This document shows positions 1-10,906 of a stretch of DNA of 64,000 bases, piece by piece; position 1 is the first letter of the stretch, and each line of letters begins with the position of its first letter. The position numbers were made by a program, and so were the translations under genes. The notes beneath the pieces were generated by a model. The model saw only the letters and a program-made list of their open reading frames with translations, was not told where the DNA came from and ran no database searches. The stretch is from the NCBI GenBank assembly GCA_904378095.1, contig CAJFHE010000004.1:3588-67587 (forward strand). Reading direction: 5' to 3'. Source of the stretch: an uncultured Clostridia bacterium (GTDB lineage Bacteria > Bacillota > Clostridia > TANB77 > CAG-508).

Positions 1-77
1 AGTGTGTTGCTAGATAAATGCAGTTCTAAATTTTTATCATAGCCCATATAATTTAAGACAAGATATTTTGATAAATT

Positions 78-998
78 ATGGAGGTTACGATGGTAATAGG
101 TTATATAAAACAAGAAAGAAAAGCACAAAATTTATTTAGAGGAATAGAAATAAGAAGTTTTGACAATAATTATATAATAACAATTTACAATGCGGAAAAA
201 TATAGGACAAAGAAGAGGCTTGTAAGATTTATTCATAAGTTGGGGATTGAAGCAGTTGTGTTTTCAAAAGAGCTAGATGGAGAATTTAAAAGAGAAATAT
301 GCGAAATGATGAATGGCGTTAGAATTGTAAATGGTAGAAAATTGATGGAATATATGGGATTTGACATATTTGAATATATATTAAATAAGCAACAAGTGAA
401 TATGAAGCAAGAAGATATATATATTATTTTTAAAAGAGATTCCAATTTAAATTTAAATCTTTTAAAGATTTTTATAGAAAATTTTAGAGTTGCTAATATA
501 GTTACAAATGATATTGAAAAACTAAAAAATGTGCAAGAAAATTTGCTAGAGAATGATAATATTCTTATTTCTGTTTCAAATAATAAAAAGAAGGCTTTGA
601 AAAGGGCAAAATATGTGTTAAACATTAATCTTACAAAGAATGAGCTAGAAAAGTACAAAATTAACAGAGAAGCAATAATTGTAGATGTGGGAGAAGATGT
701 AAAATATGCAAGTCCAAGCTTTGACGGCATAAATATTAGCTATTTCGATATTACAGCTCCAGACGAGTTAGTAGAAAAGTTTGAGAGCATAGGAGGAAAT
801 TTTGAGCTAGTAAAATTGTATGAAAGTGCTTTGTTAAAGGATGAACTTCAAAAAGCAAAGATAGAAGATGTGTATGACAGAATAAAAAGAGATGAAATAG
901 CTATAACCGAGTTAATTGGAAATAATGGAAGGATTACAGATGAAGAGTTACAGAAAATTCACAATCTAAACCTTGACAAAATGCGAAAATTAGTTTAA
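78..998 (+). CDS. hypothetical protein (306 aa), no recognisable domain from sequence
   Basis: Long ORF upstream of greA; no motif recognised. Confidence 0.4.
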   Translation: MEVTMVIGYIKQERKAQNLFRGIEIRSFDNNYIITIYNAEKYRTKKRLVRFIHKLGIEAVVFSKELDGEFKREICEMMNGVRIVNGRKLMEYMGFDIFEYILNKQQVNMKQEDIYIIFKRDSNLNLNLLKIFIENFRVANIVTNDIEKLKNVQENLLENDNILISVSNNKKKALKRAKYVLNINLTKNELEKYKINREAIIVDVGEDVKYASPSFDGINISYFDITAPDELVEKFESIGGNFELVKLYESALLKDELQKAKIEDVYDRIKRDEIAITELIGNNGRITDEELQKIHNLNLDKMRKLV

Positions 999-1075
999 TA
1001 TATTACATGTTGTTTAAAGAAGCGATTTTCTTGTTTTAAACAACGATTTTCTTTTAACAAAAGGAGGGAGACAAA

Positions 1076-1555
1076 ATGGATTCTGAAAAAGAAGTTCTAT
1101 TAACCCAAGAAGGTTATGACAATTTAGAGAAAGAATTAGAATACTTAACAACAGAAAAAAGAGCTGAAATAGCAGAAAGAATTAAAATAGCATTGGGATT
1201 TGGAGATTTATCAGAAAATTCAGAATATGATGAAGCAAAAAATGCTCAAGCTGCAAATGAAACTAAAATAGCTGAATTAGAGAATAAGCTTAGATATGCT
1301 AAAATCATAGATGAATCTGAGATAGATACAAAGACAGTTCAAGTAGGCAACACTGTTAAAGTTTTAGATATGGAATTCAACGAAGAAGAATCATACACAA
1401 TAGTAGGCTCAACAGAAGTTGATTTAGCTCAAAACAAGATTTCAAACGAATCTCCAATAGGCTCAGCACTAATGGGAGCTAAAAAAGGTCAAATAGTAGA
1501 AGCTCAAGCACCAGCAGGTGTAATTAAATATAAAATAATCTCAATTACAAAGTAA
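1076..1555 (+). CDS. greA: transcription elongation factor GreA
   Basis: 159 aa; GreA N-terminal coiled-coil and C-terminal FKBP-like domain pattern; RBS AAGGAGG upstream. Confidence 0.9.
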   Translation: MDSEKEVLLTQEGYDNLEKELEYLTTEKRAEIAERIKIALGFGDLSENSEYDEAKNAQAANETKIAELENKLRYAKIIDESEIDTKTVQVGNTVKVLDMEFNEEESYTIVGSTEVDLAQNKISNESPIGSALMGAKKGQIVEAQAPAGVIKYKIISITK

Positions 1556-1562
1556 AAGGAAA

Positions 1563-4500
1563 TTGGTATCTGTAATGAAAAATATGCTTATAAATGAGCT
1601 TGAAGCAAATGACAAATTCAAGCAATTAATAGATGAAATTGAGATGAAAAAAACCCCGATATTTATATCGGGGTTAGAATTCGTTGGAAAATCCCACATG
1701 ATTTCGACTGTTTCTGATACAGTAAAAAAACCAATTTGCATTGTTACATACAATGAATTGCAGGCAAAACAGCTAGTTAAAGATTTAAAATATTTCCAAG
1801 AAAAAGTAGAGTATTTTGGCAAAAGAGAAATAGCTACATATGACTATATTTCAGAGAGCAAAGACTTACCATATGCAAGAATAGAAGTTTTAAATAAAAT
1901 TTTAAACAAAGATGTAGATATCGTTGTTACTACTATAGAAGCTATAATGCAGCCAATGATTTCAAAAAAAGTGTTGTACAGAAATGTGCTAACTTTTACA
2001 GTTGGAAACTTATTTGAGTGTAGCGGATTTAAAGGAAAAAAGGCATTAAATAACTTAAAACAAATACTTTTGTTGATGGGATATGAAAGAAATGATTTAG
2101 TAGAAAATAAAGGTCAATTTAGTATCAGAGGTGGAATTGTAGATATTGGACTTTCTGAGAAAACTGGTGTTAGAATTGAATTCTGGGGAGACGATGTAGA
2201 TTCTATAAGATATTTTAGTATAAGCTCACAGAGAACTACTGAAATGACTGAAAAAGTAAAAATATTCCCTGCACATGAATATATTTTTGATTATGACTAT
2301 GAAGATGAAGTTTTGCCAGAATATTCAGAGATTGTGGGAAGCATCTGCAAAAAGATAAGAGAAACAAATTCGGATGGAAAAACAAATAAATTGCTAGAAG
2401 CATTCGAAAGAAATAATGATGCAAGTGGCTTTGCAAAGACTGTAGAAGCGGATATAGAGGCAATTCAAAATGGAGAGTATCTTAGTAAAATAGACAAGTA
2501 TTTCAATGAGTTTTATTCTAAGAAGTCTAGCTTTTTAGAGTATTTGCCAAGTAATTGCTTGTTATTTGTTGATGAAAATTTAAAAATAAATCAAAGAATT
2601 GAAAATATTGTTATAGAAAATAATAACTTGATAAAATCTTTGATGGAAAAAGAAAGATTTGTTCCAGAGGCAATAAGAAATATAAGTGATTTTAATAAAG
2701 AGGCTTGGAATGGAATTTTCGAAGAAAGGCAGACAGTTTATTTAGAGGAAAATAACAGCAATTCTGTAAATAAATTTGAATTTAATTATAGACAAATTAA
2801 TTTTCATAAAGCCGAAACAGAGTTATTAATTAATGATATAAAAAAATGGCTTTCTGAAAATAAGCAAGTGGTAATACTTGCTGGCAATAAGGAAAATGTA
2901 GAAAAAGTAAAAAATCTGCTTAGTGAAAACGAAATTTTAACCACTGATGCGGAAAAAAACTCAAAAAATGAGTTATACAGCAATGGAAAAAGTGAACAGC
3001 CTAATATGGCAAAAAATCCTGAAACTAATTTTCTTAATAAGGCCTGTCCCCAAAACGACAAAGTTGTCGTTTTTAGGCCTGTCCCTATAACGACAGGAGG
3101 GCTTTCTTCTGGATTTGAGTGCTATGATTTGAATTTAGTTGTAATCAGCATGGCAGAAGCTCTAGAGGGAGAAGTAAAGAAAAGAAGAACAAGTAGCACT
3201 TTCAGGCAGGGAGAAAAAGTTGTTTTTGCAGATTTAAAACAGGGTGACTATGTTGTACATAGAACTCAAGGAATTGGACAATTCGTTGGAGTAAACACAA
3301 TAGAGGCAGATGGAGTTACTAAAGACTATATTAAAATCAAATACAAGAATGATGATATGCTTTATGTGCCAACAAGCAGCTTGGATAATGTTAGGAAGTA
3401 CATTGGTGGAGGAGATACAGCTCCTAGATTAAATAGGCTTGGCAGCAAAGAGTGGAGCAATACTAAATCAAGAGTAAAAAATAACTTAAGGGAAGTTGCA
3501 AAAGACTTAATTGAGCTATATGCAAAAAGACAAAAAATGAAAGGATTTGCTTTTTCAAAAGATACAGATTGGCAAAGACAATTTGAAGACGAGTTCCCAT
3601 ATCAAGAGACAGATGACCAATTAAGATGTATAGAAGAAGTAAAAAAAGATATGGAGCAGTCTAGACCAATGGATAGATTGCTTTGTGGCGATGTTGGCTA
3701 TGGTAAAACAGAAGTTGCAATAAGAGCAGCATTTAAAGCGGTAATGGACCACAAGCAAGTAGCATATCTAGTACCAACTACAGTACTTGCTAATCAGCAG
3801 TACGAGAGTTTTAAGAAAAGAATGGAAGGTTTTGCAATTACTGTTGAGCTTTTAAATAGATTTAGAACAAAAAAAGAGCAAGACGAAGTAGTTAAAAAAC
3901 TAAAACTAGGAGAAGTAGATGTAGTTATTGGTACACATAGATTGCTTAGCAAAGATGTGGAATTTAGAGACTTAGGACTTCTCATAATAGATGAGGAGCA
4001 CAGATTTGGAGTAAAAGATAAGGAAAAAATAAAGAAACTAAAAACAAGTGTGGATGTACTTACTATGACAGCAACTCCAATTCCTAGGACACTACACATG
4101 TCAATACTTGGCATTCGCGACATGTCTGTTATATATGAGCCACCACAAAATAGAAGACCAGTTCAAACTTATGTATTAGAATATGATGCAGAAGTTATAA
4201 AAGAAGCAATTACAAAAGAGCTAGAAAGAGGCGGACAGGTATTTTATTTGTATAACAAAGTGGAAAACATAGAGAAAAAAGCAATGGATATTGCAGAGCT
4301 AGTACCAGAAGCAAAAGTGGAATATGCACATGGAAAAATGTCAGGTAGAGAAATAGAAGACATCATGGAAAGATTTATTAATGGAGATGTTAATGTTTTA
4401 GTGTGCACAACAATTCTAGAATCTGGAATAGATATTCCAAATGCAAACACAATCATTGTAGAAAACGCAGACAGACTAGGATTGGCACAACTTTACCAAA

Positions 4501-5237
4501 TACGTGGAAGAGTCGGAAGAAGTGACAAGCAAGCCTATGCATATATTACATACAAAAGAGATAAGCTATTATCAGAAGTTGCAGACAAAAGATTAAAAGC
4601 AATACGTGAATTTACCGAATTCGGATCAGGCTTTAAAATAGCAATGAGAGACTTGGAGATAAGAGGAGCAGGAAGCTTGCTAGGAGAAATTCAACATGGA
4701 CATATGGAGCAAGTAGGGTATGACACTTACTGCAACTTACTAGACCAAGTGGTAAAAGAAATGCAAGGAATGGAAGTAGAAGAAGAGCAAGAAATTCAAA
4801 TAGACATCAATATTTCAAGCTATATACCAGATAGCTATATAGAAAACAGTAGCCAAAAAATTGAAGTATATCAAAATATAGCACTATGTAGAACAGAAGA
4901 AGATATACAAAATGTAATTGATGAAATTATAGATAGATATGGTGTAATGCCAAAAGAGTTAGAAAATCTAATAGAAATAGCACGTATTAAGGAATTATGT
5001 AGAAATGCTGGAGTAATTAAAATATCAGAAAAGAAAAACGTATTTAATGACACGAAAAATGTGGTATTCTATTATGATAAAAATAAATATAATCCAGAAA
5101 ATGTGGATATACTAATCAAAAAATATGGATATGACATAAAATTCTCAGCAGGAGTAGAGCCATATGTTACTTTAAGAGTAGGTAACCTAAACGATGAAGA
5201 GCTCATAGAAAAGATAAAGGAATTTTTGTCGTTATAG
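1563..5237 (+). CDS. mfd: transcription-repair coupling factor Mfd. Alternative start is the ATG at 1575. Carries an in-frame copy of repeat family A at 3040-3095
   Basis: 1224 aa; helicase motifs GDVGYGKTEVA and DEEHRFG; UvrB-like N-terminus and TRG C-terminus. Confidence 0.9.
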   Translation: MVSVMKNMLINELEANDKFKQLIDEIEMKKTPIFISGLEFVGKSHMISTVSDTVKKPICIVTYNELQAKQLVKDLKYFQEKVEYFGKREIATYDYISESKDLPYARIEVLNKILNKDVDIVVTTIEAIMQPMISKKVLYRNVLTFTVGNLFECSGFKGKKALNNLKQILLLMGYERNDLVENKGQFSIRGGIVDIGLSEKTGVRIEFWGDDVDSIRYFSISSQRTTEMTEKVKIFPAHEYIFDYDYEDEVLPEYSEIVGSICKKIRETNSDGKTNKLLEAFERNNDASGFAKTVEADIEAIQNGEYLSKIDKYFNEFYSKKSSFLEYLPSNCLLFVDENLKINQRIENIVIENNNLIKSLMEKERFVPEAIRNISDFNKEAWNGIFEERQTVYLEENNSNSVNKFEFNYRQINFHKAETELLINDIKKWLSENKQVVILAGNKENVEKVKNLLSENEILTTDAEKNSKNELYSNGKSEQPNMAKNPETNFLNKACPQNDKVVVFRPVPITTGGLSSGFECYDLNLVVISMAEALEGEVKKRRTSSTFRQGEKVVFADLKQGDYVVHRTQGIGQFVGVNTIEADGVTKDYIKIKYKNDDMLYVPTSSLDNVRKYIGGGDTAPRLNRLGSKEWSNTKSRVKNNLREVAKDLIELYAKRQKMKGFAFSKDTDWQRQFEDEFPYQETDDQLRCIEEVKKDMEQSRPMDRLLCGDVGYGKTEVAIRAAFKAVMDHKQVAYLVPTTVLANQQYESFKKRMEGFAITVELLNRFRTKKEQDEVVKKLKLGEVDVVIGTHRLLSKDVEFRDLGLLIIDEEHRFGVKDKEKIKKLKTSVDVLTMTATPIPRTLHMSILGIRDMSVIYEPPQNRRPVQTYVLEYDAEVIKEAITKELERGGQVFYLYNKVENIEKKAMDIAELVPEAKVEYAHGKMSGREIEDIMERFINGDVNVLVCTTILESGIDIPNANTIIVENADRLGLAQLYQIRGRVGRSDKQAYAYITYKRDKLLSEVADKRLKAIREFTEFGSGFKIAMRDLEIRGAGSLLGEIQHGHMEQVGYDTYCNLLDQVVKEMQGMEVEEEQEIQIDINISSYIPDSYIENSSQKIEVYQNIALCRTEEDIQNVIDEIIDRYGVMPKELENLIEIARIKELCRNAGVIKISEKKNVFNDTKNVVFYYDKNKYNPENVDILIKKYGYDIKFSAGVEPYVTLRVGNLNDEELIEKIKEFLSL
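3040..3095 (+). repeat. Repeat family A copy 1, forward orientation, inside the mfd coding frame
   Basis: AGGCCTGTCCCCAAAACGACAA-AG-TTGTCGTTTTT-AGGCCTGTCCCTATAACGACA; translated in frame as ACPQNDKVVVFRPVPITTGG. Confidence 0.85.
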
Positions 5238-5282
5238 GGACAGACCTAAAAACGACAAAGTTGTCGTTTTGGGGACAGACCT
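5227..5282 (+). repeat. Repeat family A copy 2, reverse orientation; encodes the last codons and stop of mfd and sits before the trmH-like RBS
   Basis: TTGTCGTTATAGGGACAGACCTAAAAACGACAAAGTTGTCGTTTTGGGGACAGACCT. Confidence 0.85.
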
Positions 5283-5297
5283 AAAAGAGGAGGAGCA

Positions 5298-6092
5298 ATG
5301 CAAGTAATTTCAAGCAAAGATAATGAAATTGTTAAAAACATTAGAAAATTAAAAGAGAAGAAGTATAGAGATTTAGAAAATGCATATATAATAGAAGGCA
5401 TAAAGCTGGTAAAAGAAGCAATTGCAGAAAATGCCAAAATAAGGCAAATTGTTATGTGTGAGGATTTTAACGATACTGTAGAATTGGATAAGGATACTTT
5501 ATATGAGATAGCAAGACACAATTTAGTTGCAGTTACAAAAAATGTGTTTAATGCGATTACAGATGTAAAAACTCCACAAGGTATTATTGCAGTAATCGAA
5601 AAGAATGGAGCGAGCGAAAACGAAGCGGACTATTCTCAAGACATAATAATAGCTTTAGATGATATACAAGACCCAGGAAATTTGGGCACTATACTTAGAA
5701 CTGTAGATAGTGCTAATTTAAAGCAAATAATACTTTCTAAAAATAGCGCAGACCCATATAACCCAAAAGTAGTGCGCTCTACCATGGGAGCAATTTTTAG
5801 AGTAAATATTATAGAAACAGAGAATTTACAACAAGAGCTAAGTAAAGCACAGAAAAATGAATTTAAAGTAATGGTTACTTCTCTTGACACAAAAAATAGT
5901 GTATATGATGTGGACTATAATAAAAAAGTAATTGTTATAGGGAATGAAGCAAATGGGGTTTCAAAAGAAATACAAGATATGGCAGATGAGAAGGTAAAAA
6001 TACCAATGCTTGGAAGGACAGAAAGCTTGAATGCTTCTGTTGCAGCAGGAATTATGATTTATGAGTATGTGAGAAGAAAAGTTGCACAGTAG
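5298..6092 (+). CDS. TrmH/SpoU-family RNA 2'-O-methyltransferase (RlmB-like)
   Basis: 264 aa; SpoU methylase motifs (GNLGTILRT, IGNEANGVS). Confidence 0.8.
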   Translation: MQVISSKDNEIVKNIRKLKEKKYRDLENAYIIEGIKLVKEAIAENAKIRQIVMCEDFNDTVELDKDTLYEIARHNLVAVTKNVFNAITDVKTPQGIIAVIEKNGASENEADYSQDIIIALDDIQDPGNLGTILRTVDSANLKQIILSKNSADPYNPKVVRSTMGAIFRVNIIETENLQQELSKAQKNEFKVMVTSLDTKNSVYDVDYNKKVIVIGNEANGVSKEIQDMADEKVKIPMLGRTESLNASVAAGIMIYEYVRRKVAQ

Positions 6093-6101
6093 GAGGCAAA
6101 T

Positions 6102-6539
6102 ATGAAATTAGTAGTACAAAGAGTAAAAAATGCAAAAGTAGACGTAGACGGAAAAACAGTAGGAAAAATAGAAAAAGGATTCTTAGTGCTTTTGGGGGTA
6201 ACCCATACAGATACTAAAGAAACAGCTGATTACTTAGTAAAAAAGCTATGTAGTTTGCGCGTGTTTGAAGATGAAAACGGAAAAATGAATTTAAGCCTAA
6301 AAGATGTGGATGGAAAATTACTTATTGTATCACAATTCACACTTTATGCAGATTGCTCAGACGGAAATAGACCATCATTTGTCAATGCTGCAAAACCAGA
6401 ATTTGCAAATGAGTTATATGAATATTTTTGCGATAAGTGCAAGGGAAATGGCATAGAAGTAGAAAAGGGAATATTTGGCGCAGACATGAAGGTTAGTCTT
6501 TTAAATGACGGACCAGTAACTATAATACTAGAAAAATAA
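6102..6539 (+). CDS. dtd: D-aminoacyl-tRNA deacylase
   Basis: 145 aa; MKLVVQRV start and SQFTLYADC motif typical of Dtd. Confidence 0.9.
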   Translation: MKLVVQRVKNAKVDVDGKTVGKIEKGFLVLLGVTHTDTKETADYLVKKLCSLRVFEDENGKMNLSLKDVDGKLLIVSQFTLYADCSDGNRPSFVNAAKPEFANELYEYFCDKCKGNGIEVEKGIFGADMKVSLLNDGPVTIILEK

Positions 6540-6607
6540 TGTATATTTTTTTAAAATTAGTGATATAATCTATCTATAAAAATTAATAAAGAAGGAGAGT
6601 GCTGTTT

Positions 6608-7687
6608 ATGGATAGGAAAGTGAGAGTTGTACAATATGGTACAGGTAAAATGTCAGTTTATACTATGCGTTATGTTTTTGAAAAAGGTGGAGAGATAGTA
6701 GGTGCTATTGATGTAAATCCCAATGTTATAGGCAAAGATATTGGAGAAATAATGGGAGGAGAAAAAAGAGGTGTAACTGTAACTGATGTAAAAGATGCTG
6801 AAAAGTTATTACAAGAATTAAGACCAGATATAGTTATAGTTACTACTATGAGTCTATTAAATGATATTAAGGATGCGTTTATGCTTTGCGCAAAGCTAGG
6901 AATTAATGCAATATCTACTTGCGAAGAGGCATTTTTTCCATTTAACTCAAACCCAACAGTGGCAAACGAGATTGATGATTTAGCAAAGAAGAATGGATGT
7001 ACTATTACAGGAAGCGGATATCAAGATATTTATTGGGGAGAATTAATAAGCAGTATTGCAGGCTCTACACAAAAAATTACGAAAATAAAAGGAAGCTCAT
7101 CATATAATGTAGAAGATTATGGAATTGCTCTAGCAGAGGCTCATGGCGCAGGTTTGACTTTAGATGAGTTTGACAAAAAAATTGCTTCTGTAGATAGAAT
7201 GAGTGACGAAGATAGACAAAAAATAATAAATTCTGGAGAATATTCACCATCATATATGTGGAATGTAAATGGCTGGTTATGCTCAAAATTAGGATTAACA
7301 CCAATTAGTCAAACACAAAAATGTGTGCCACAAACATATAAAGAAGATATAGAGTCATCAACATTAGGAATGACGGTAAAAGCAGGAACAGCAACGGGAA
7401 TGAGCGCTGTTGTTACAACGAAAACAAAAGAGGGAATTACAATTGAGTCTCAATGTATAGGAAAAGTATATTCTAAAGAGGATTACGACAAAAATGAGTG
7501 GACAATAGAAGGAGAGCCAAATACAACAATAGTAGTATCAAGACCTTCTACAGTTGAGCTTACATGCGCAACCGTAGTAAATAGAATTCCAGATGTTATA
7601 AATGGCAAACCAGGATATGTTTCAACAGATAAATTAGATGAGCTAAAATATTTAACAAAACCAATGAATGAGTATGTAAGAGATTAA
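6608..7687 (+). CDS. DapB-like NAD(P)-binding oxidoreductase (amine dehydrogenase / 2,4-diaminopentanoate dehydrogenase family)
   Basis: Rossmann N-terminus VRVVQYGTGKMS; RBS AAGGAG 8 nt upstream of ATG 6608. Confidence 0.55.
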   Translation: MDRKVRVVQYGTGKMSVYTMRYVFEKGGEIVGAIDVNPNVIGKDIGEIMGGEKRGVTVTDVKDAEKLLQELRPDIVIVTTMSLLNDIKDAFMLCAKLGINAISTCEEAFFPFNSNPTVANEIDDLAKKNGCTITGSGYQDIYWGELISSIAGSTQKITKIKGSSSYNVEDYGIALAEAHGAGLTLDEFDKKIASVDRMSDEDRQKIINSGEYSPSYMWNVNGWLCSKLGLTPISQTQKCVPQTYKEDIESSTLGMTVKAGTATGMSAVVTTKTKEGITIESQCIGKVYSKEDYDKNEWTIEGEPNTTIVVSRPSTVELTCATVVNRIPDVINGKPGYVSTDKLDELKYLTKPMNEYVRD

Positions 7688-7789
7688 TAAAAAATATACA
7701 AAAACAGTGGAGAAATTTCTCTAAAGATGATATAATAGTGTATGTCGTATCAGATTACAATAAAATTTAGCAGAAAAGGAAGGATAAAC

Positions 7790-9550
7790 ATGTACAGAGA
7801 CCATAATTGTGGAGAATTAAATATAACAAATGTTGGAGAAATAGTTACAATAGCAGGATGGGTTCAAAAAATTAGAAATTTGGGCTCAATGGAGTTTATA
7901 GATTTACGTGACCAATACGGAATTACTCAGATTGTAATTAGCGATAATGAAGAAATGCAAGCTATAGCAAATGAGCTTGTTACAGAATGTGTAATTAGTG
8001 TTAAAGGTAAAGTAGTAGGAAGAAGTAACAAAAATCCTAAAATGCCAACAGGCGAGATAGAGATAGAGGCAGAAGAGATAAAAGTGTTAGGTAAATGCAA
8101 AAATATTTTACCTTTTGAAGTTAACTCTGAAAAAACTGGTGAAGCAAGGGAAGATTTACGTTTAGAATATAGATTTTTAGATTTAAGAAATGATAAATTG
8201 CATAAAAATATTTTACTTCGCTCAGCAATAATGAAGACTTTGAGAAGAAAAATGGATGAGCTAGGTTTTACAGAAATTCAAACACCGATTTTAGCAAACT
8301 CTTCTCCAGAGGGAGCAAGGGACTACTTAGTACCAAGTAGATTACATCCAGGTGAGTTTTATGCACTACCACAAGCACCACAACAATTTAAGCAACTTTT
8401 GATGGTGTCTGGTTTTGATAAATATTATCAAATAGCACCATGCTTTAGAGATGAAGACCCTAGAGCAGATAGAGCTCCAGGCGAGTTTTATCAATTAGAT
8501 TTTGAAATGTGCTTTGCCGAGCAAGAAGATGTGTTCAAAGTTTTAGAGGATATTTTTTCCACTGTATTTAAGGAGCATACAAATTGGAAAGTAGATGAGG
8601 CACCTTTTAGACGTATTCCATACAGAGAAGCAATGGAGACTTATGGAATTGACAAGCCAGATTTACGTAATCCACTTATTATTCAAGATGCTACAAAATT
8701 ATTTGCAAATACTGAGTTCAATGCTTTTAAAGATAAAACTATAAAAATAATTGTTGTGCCAAATGGAGCAGAGCAGGCAAGAAAATTCTTTGATAACATG
8801 ACAGATTTTGCAAAAGAAGAAGCTGGAGCAAACGGCTTAGCTTGGGTAAAAGTAGACAAAGAAAACGGCTATACAGGCGGAATTTCTAAATTCATAACAG
8901 ACGACATAAAAGAAGGTTTAGAAAAAGAATACAATGTAAGAGTAAATGATGCAATTTTCTTTATTGCAGATGAATTGAAAACAGCACAAAAAATAGCTGG
9001 TTTAATTAGAATAGAGCTTGGCAAGAGATTAGATTTAATAGAGAAAAATGTATATAAATTCTGCTTTATTACAGATTTCCCAATGTATGAGTTATCTGAT
9101 GAAGGTACAATAGATTTCAATCATAATCCGTTCTCTATGCCACAAGGTGGAAGAGAAGCACTAGAAAACAAAGAGCCACTAGAGATACTAGCATATCAAT
9201 ATGATGTGGTATGTAATGGATACGAAATGGCATCGGGAGCAGTAAGAAACCACGACCCAGAGCTTATGGTAAAAGCATTTGAAATTGCCGGATACAGCGA
9301 AAAAGAAGTTGAAACTAGATTTGGAGCATTATACAATGCATTCCAATATGGTACACCACCACATGCAGGAGCAGCACCTGGACTAGACAGAATGGTAATG
9401 CTTATTGCAGATTCAAACAACATAAGGGAAGTTATAGCATTTCCTAAGAATAAAAAGGCAAGGGACTTACTTATGAGAGCACCAAGTAAGGTTACAGAAA
9501 AGCAACTAGAGGATGTACATATTAAGATAGACGAGGTTAAAGATGAGTAA
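7790..9550 (+). CDS. aspS: aspartate--tRNA ligase
   Basis: Class II aaRS motifs FRDEDPRADRAPGEFYQLD and GAAPGLDR; extended -10 TGATATAAT at ~7727. Confidence 0.9.
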   Translation: MYRDHNCGELNITNVGEIVTIAGWVQKIRNLGSMEFIDLRDQYGITQIVISDNEEMQAIANELVTECVISVKGKVVGRSNKNPKMPTGEIEIEAEEIKVLGKCKNILPFEVNSEKTGEAREDLRLEYRFLDLRNDKLHKNILLRSAIMKTLRRKMDELGFTEIQTPILANSSPEGARDYLVPSRLHPGEFYALPQAPQQFKQLLMVSGFDKYYQIAPCFRDEDPRADRAPGEFYQLDFEMCFAEQEDVFKVLEDIFSTVFKEHTNWKVDEAPFRRIPYREAMETYGIDKPDLRNPLIIQDATKLFANTEFNAFKDKTIKIIVVPNGAEQARKFFDNMTDFAKEEAGANGLAWVKVDKENGYTGGISKFITDDIKEGLEKEYNVRVNDAIFFIADELKTAQKIAGLIRIELGKRLDLIEKNVYKFCFITDFPMYELSDEGTIDFNHNPFSMPQGGREALENKEPLEILAYQYDVVCNGYEMASGAVRNHDPELMVKAFEIAGYSEKEVETRFGALYNAFQYGTPPHAGAAPGLDRMVMLIADSNNIREVIAFPKNKKARDLLMRAPSKVTEKQLEDVHIKIDEVKDE

Positions 9551-10580
9551 AAAAGTTTTGTTAGGCATGAGCGGAGGCGTGGATAGCTCTGTCGCAGCAA
9601 TATTGTTAAAAAAACAAGGATATGATGTAGTAGGAGCTACCATGAAATTATGGGAAGCTCCTATTGATGATGCAAAGAAAGTATGCGAGCAGCTAGGAAT
9701 AGAGCATCATGTAATAGATTTAAGAGAAGAATTTAAAAAAAGAGTTATAGATAATTTTGTGTGTACATATATGTGTGCTAAAACGCCAAATCCTTGTGTA
9801 GAGTGTAACAAATTTATGAAATTTGATGCTTTTTATAAAGCTGCAAAAGAGTATGGCTGTGAATACATTGCAACAGGTCATTATGCAAAGGTTAGGTATT
9901 CTGAAAAATATAATCAATATGTATTGGCAAAAGCAAATGCAGAAGCAAAGGACCAAAGCTATTTTTTGTATGGAATAAATAAAGAAATTTTACCATATAT
10001 AATATTTCCACTTTCTGAATTTATGGACAAAAATGAAATACGAAAAATAGCAGAAGAAAATGGACTAGAAGTTGCACAAAAAAAAGATAGTCAAGAAGTG
10101 TGCTTTATACCGAATAATGATTATGTCAGCTTTTTAAAAGAAATAAATTCTTTTGACACAAACAATAAACCAGGAGACATAGTTTTAAACACTGGAGAAA
10201 AGCTAGGTACACATACTGGTTTAATAAATTACACAGTTGGCCAAAGAAAGGGGCTAGGAATAGCTTACAAAGAGCCACTATATGTGTTAAAACTAGACAA
10301 AGAGAAAAATCAAGTAATAGTTGGTACGGAAAAAGAATTGTATAGCACAGAGCTAGTAGCAAACGAGCTAAACTTCTTAATTGATGGCATAGATTTTAGC
10401 GAAGAAATTAATGTTATGGCAAAAATAAGGTATAGAGCAAAAGCAGCAGCCTCAACCTTAAAAATAGAAAATAATCAAGCAGTAGTAAAATTTAAAGAGG
10501 CACAAAGGGCAATCACTCCAGGACAATCCGTTGTGCTATATGTAGATGACATTGTACTTGGAGGAGGAAAAATAATCTGA
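9543..10580 (+). CDS. mnmA: tRNA-specific 2-thiouridylase MnmA
   Basis: PP-loop SGGVDSS at N-terminus; 345 aa. Confidence 0.9.
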   Translation: MSKKVLLGMSGGVDSSVAAILLKKQGYDVVGATMKLWEAPIDDAKKVCEQLGIEHHVIDLREEFKKRVIDNFVCTYMCAKTPNPCVECNKFMKFDAFYKAAKEYGCEYIATGHYAKVRYSEKYNQYVLAKANAEAKDQSYFLYGINKEILPYIIFPLSEFMDKNEIRKIAEENGLEVAQKKDSQEVCFIPNNDYVSFLKEINSFDTNNKPGDIVLNTGEKLGTHTGLINYTVGQRKGLGIAYKEPLYVLKLDKEKNQVIVGTEKELYSTELVANELNFLIDGIDFSEEINVMAKIRYRAKAAASTLKIENNQAVVKFKEAQRAITPGQSVVLYVDDIVLGGGKII

Positions 10581-10657
10581 ACAAATTTTCGCCAAACTAT
10601 TGATTTATTTTCTAAATCATGGTAAAATATTTACATGATTTTTAGAGAGGTGATTAT

Positions 10658-10903
10658 ATGTGTAAGAACATATCTGAAAAAGAGGAATTTGAAGCATTAA
10701 TCGCACAAATAAACGAACTATTAAGCGAAATAAAAAACGAACAAAAAAATCTTAAAGAAGCTGTAGCAAACAATCATAAAGTGAATATGCAAAAATTTTC
10801 TAAATTACTAGAATACAACGAAATTCTTGACATGACTAACACTATATTTGAAAAAAGACTATCAAGCATAGAAAAATTACTTTATGAAGTTTTTAAAAGC
10901 TAA
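10658..10903 (+). CDS. small coiled-coil hypothetical protein (81 aa)
   Basis: ORF with RBS AGAGAGG; no domain recognised. Confidence 0.4.
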   Translation: MCKNISEKEEFEALIAQINELLSEIKNEQKNLKEAVANNHKVNMQKFSKLLEYNEILDMTNTIFEKRLSSIEKLLYEVFKS

Positions 10904-10906
10904 CTG

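Noticed and set aside
233-730. Antisense ORFs inside annotated genes on the minus strand (233-730, 1541-1822, 2236-2463, 2804-3061, 12822-13391, 15759-16490, 16569-17093, 17262-17714, 19533-20030, 25045-25680, 30825-31289, 34371-35084 and 50923-51720) and on the plus strand (20928-21179, 48423-49298, 57788-58429 and 63424-63783)
   Set aside because: They are low-complexity, hydrophobic or S/L-rich translations of the AT-rich complementary strand of well-supported genes, with no RBS and no homology signal.
7688-7789. T-box leader upstream of aspS
   Set aside because: The intergenic region is only about 100 nt, too short for a T-box. Only a promoter-like TGATATAAT is visible.
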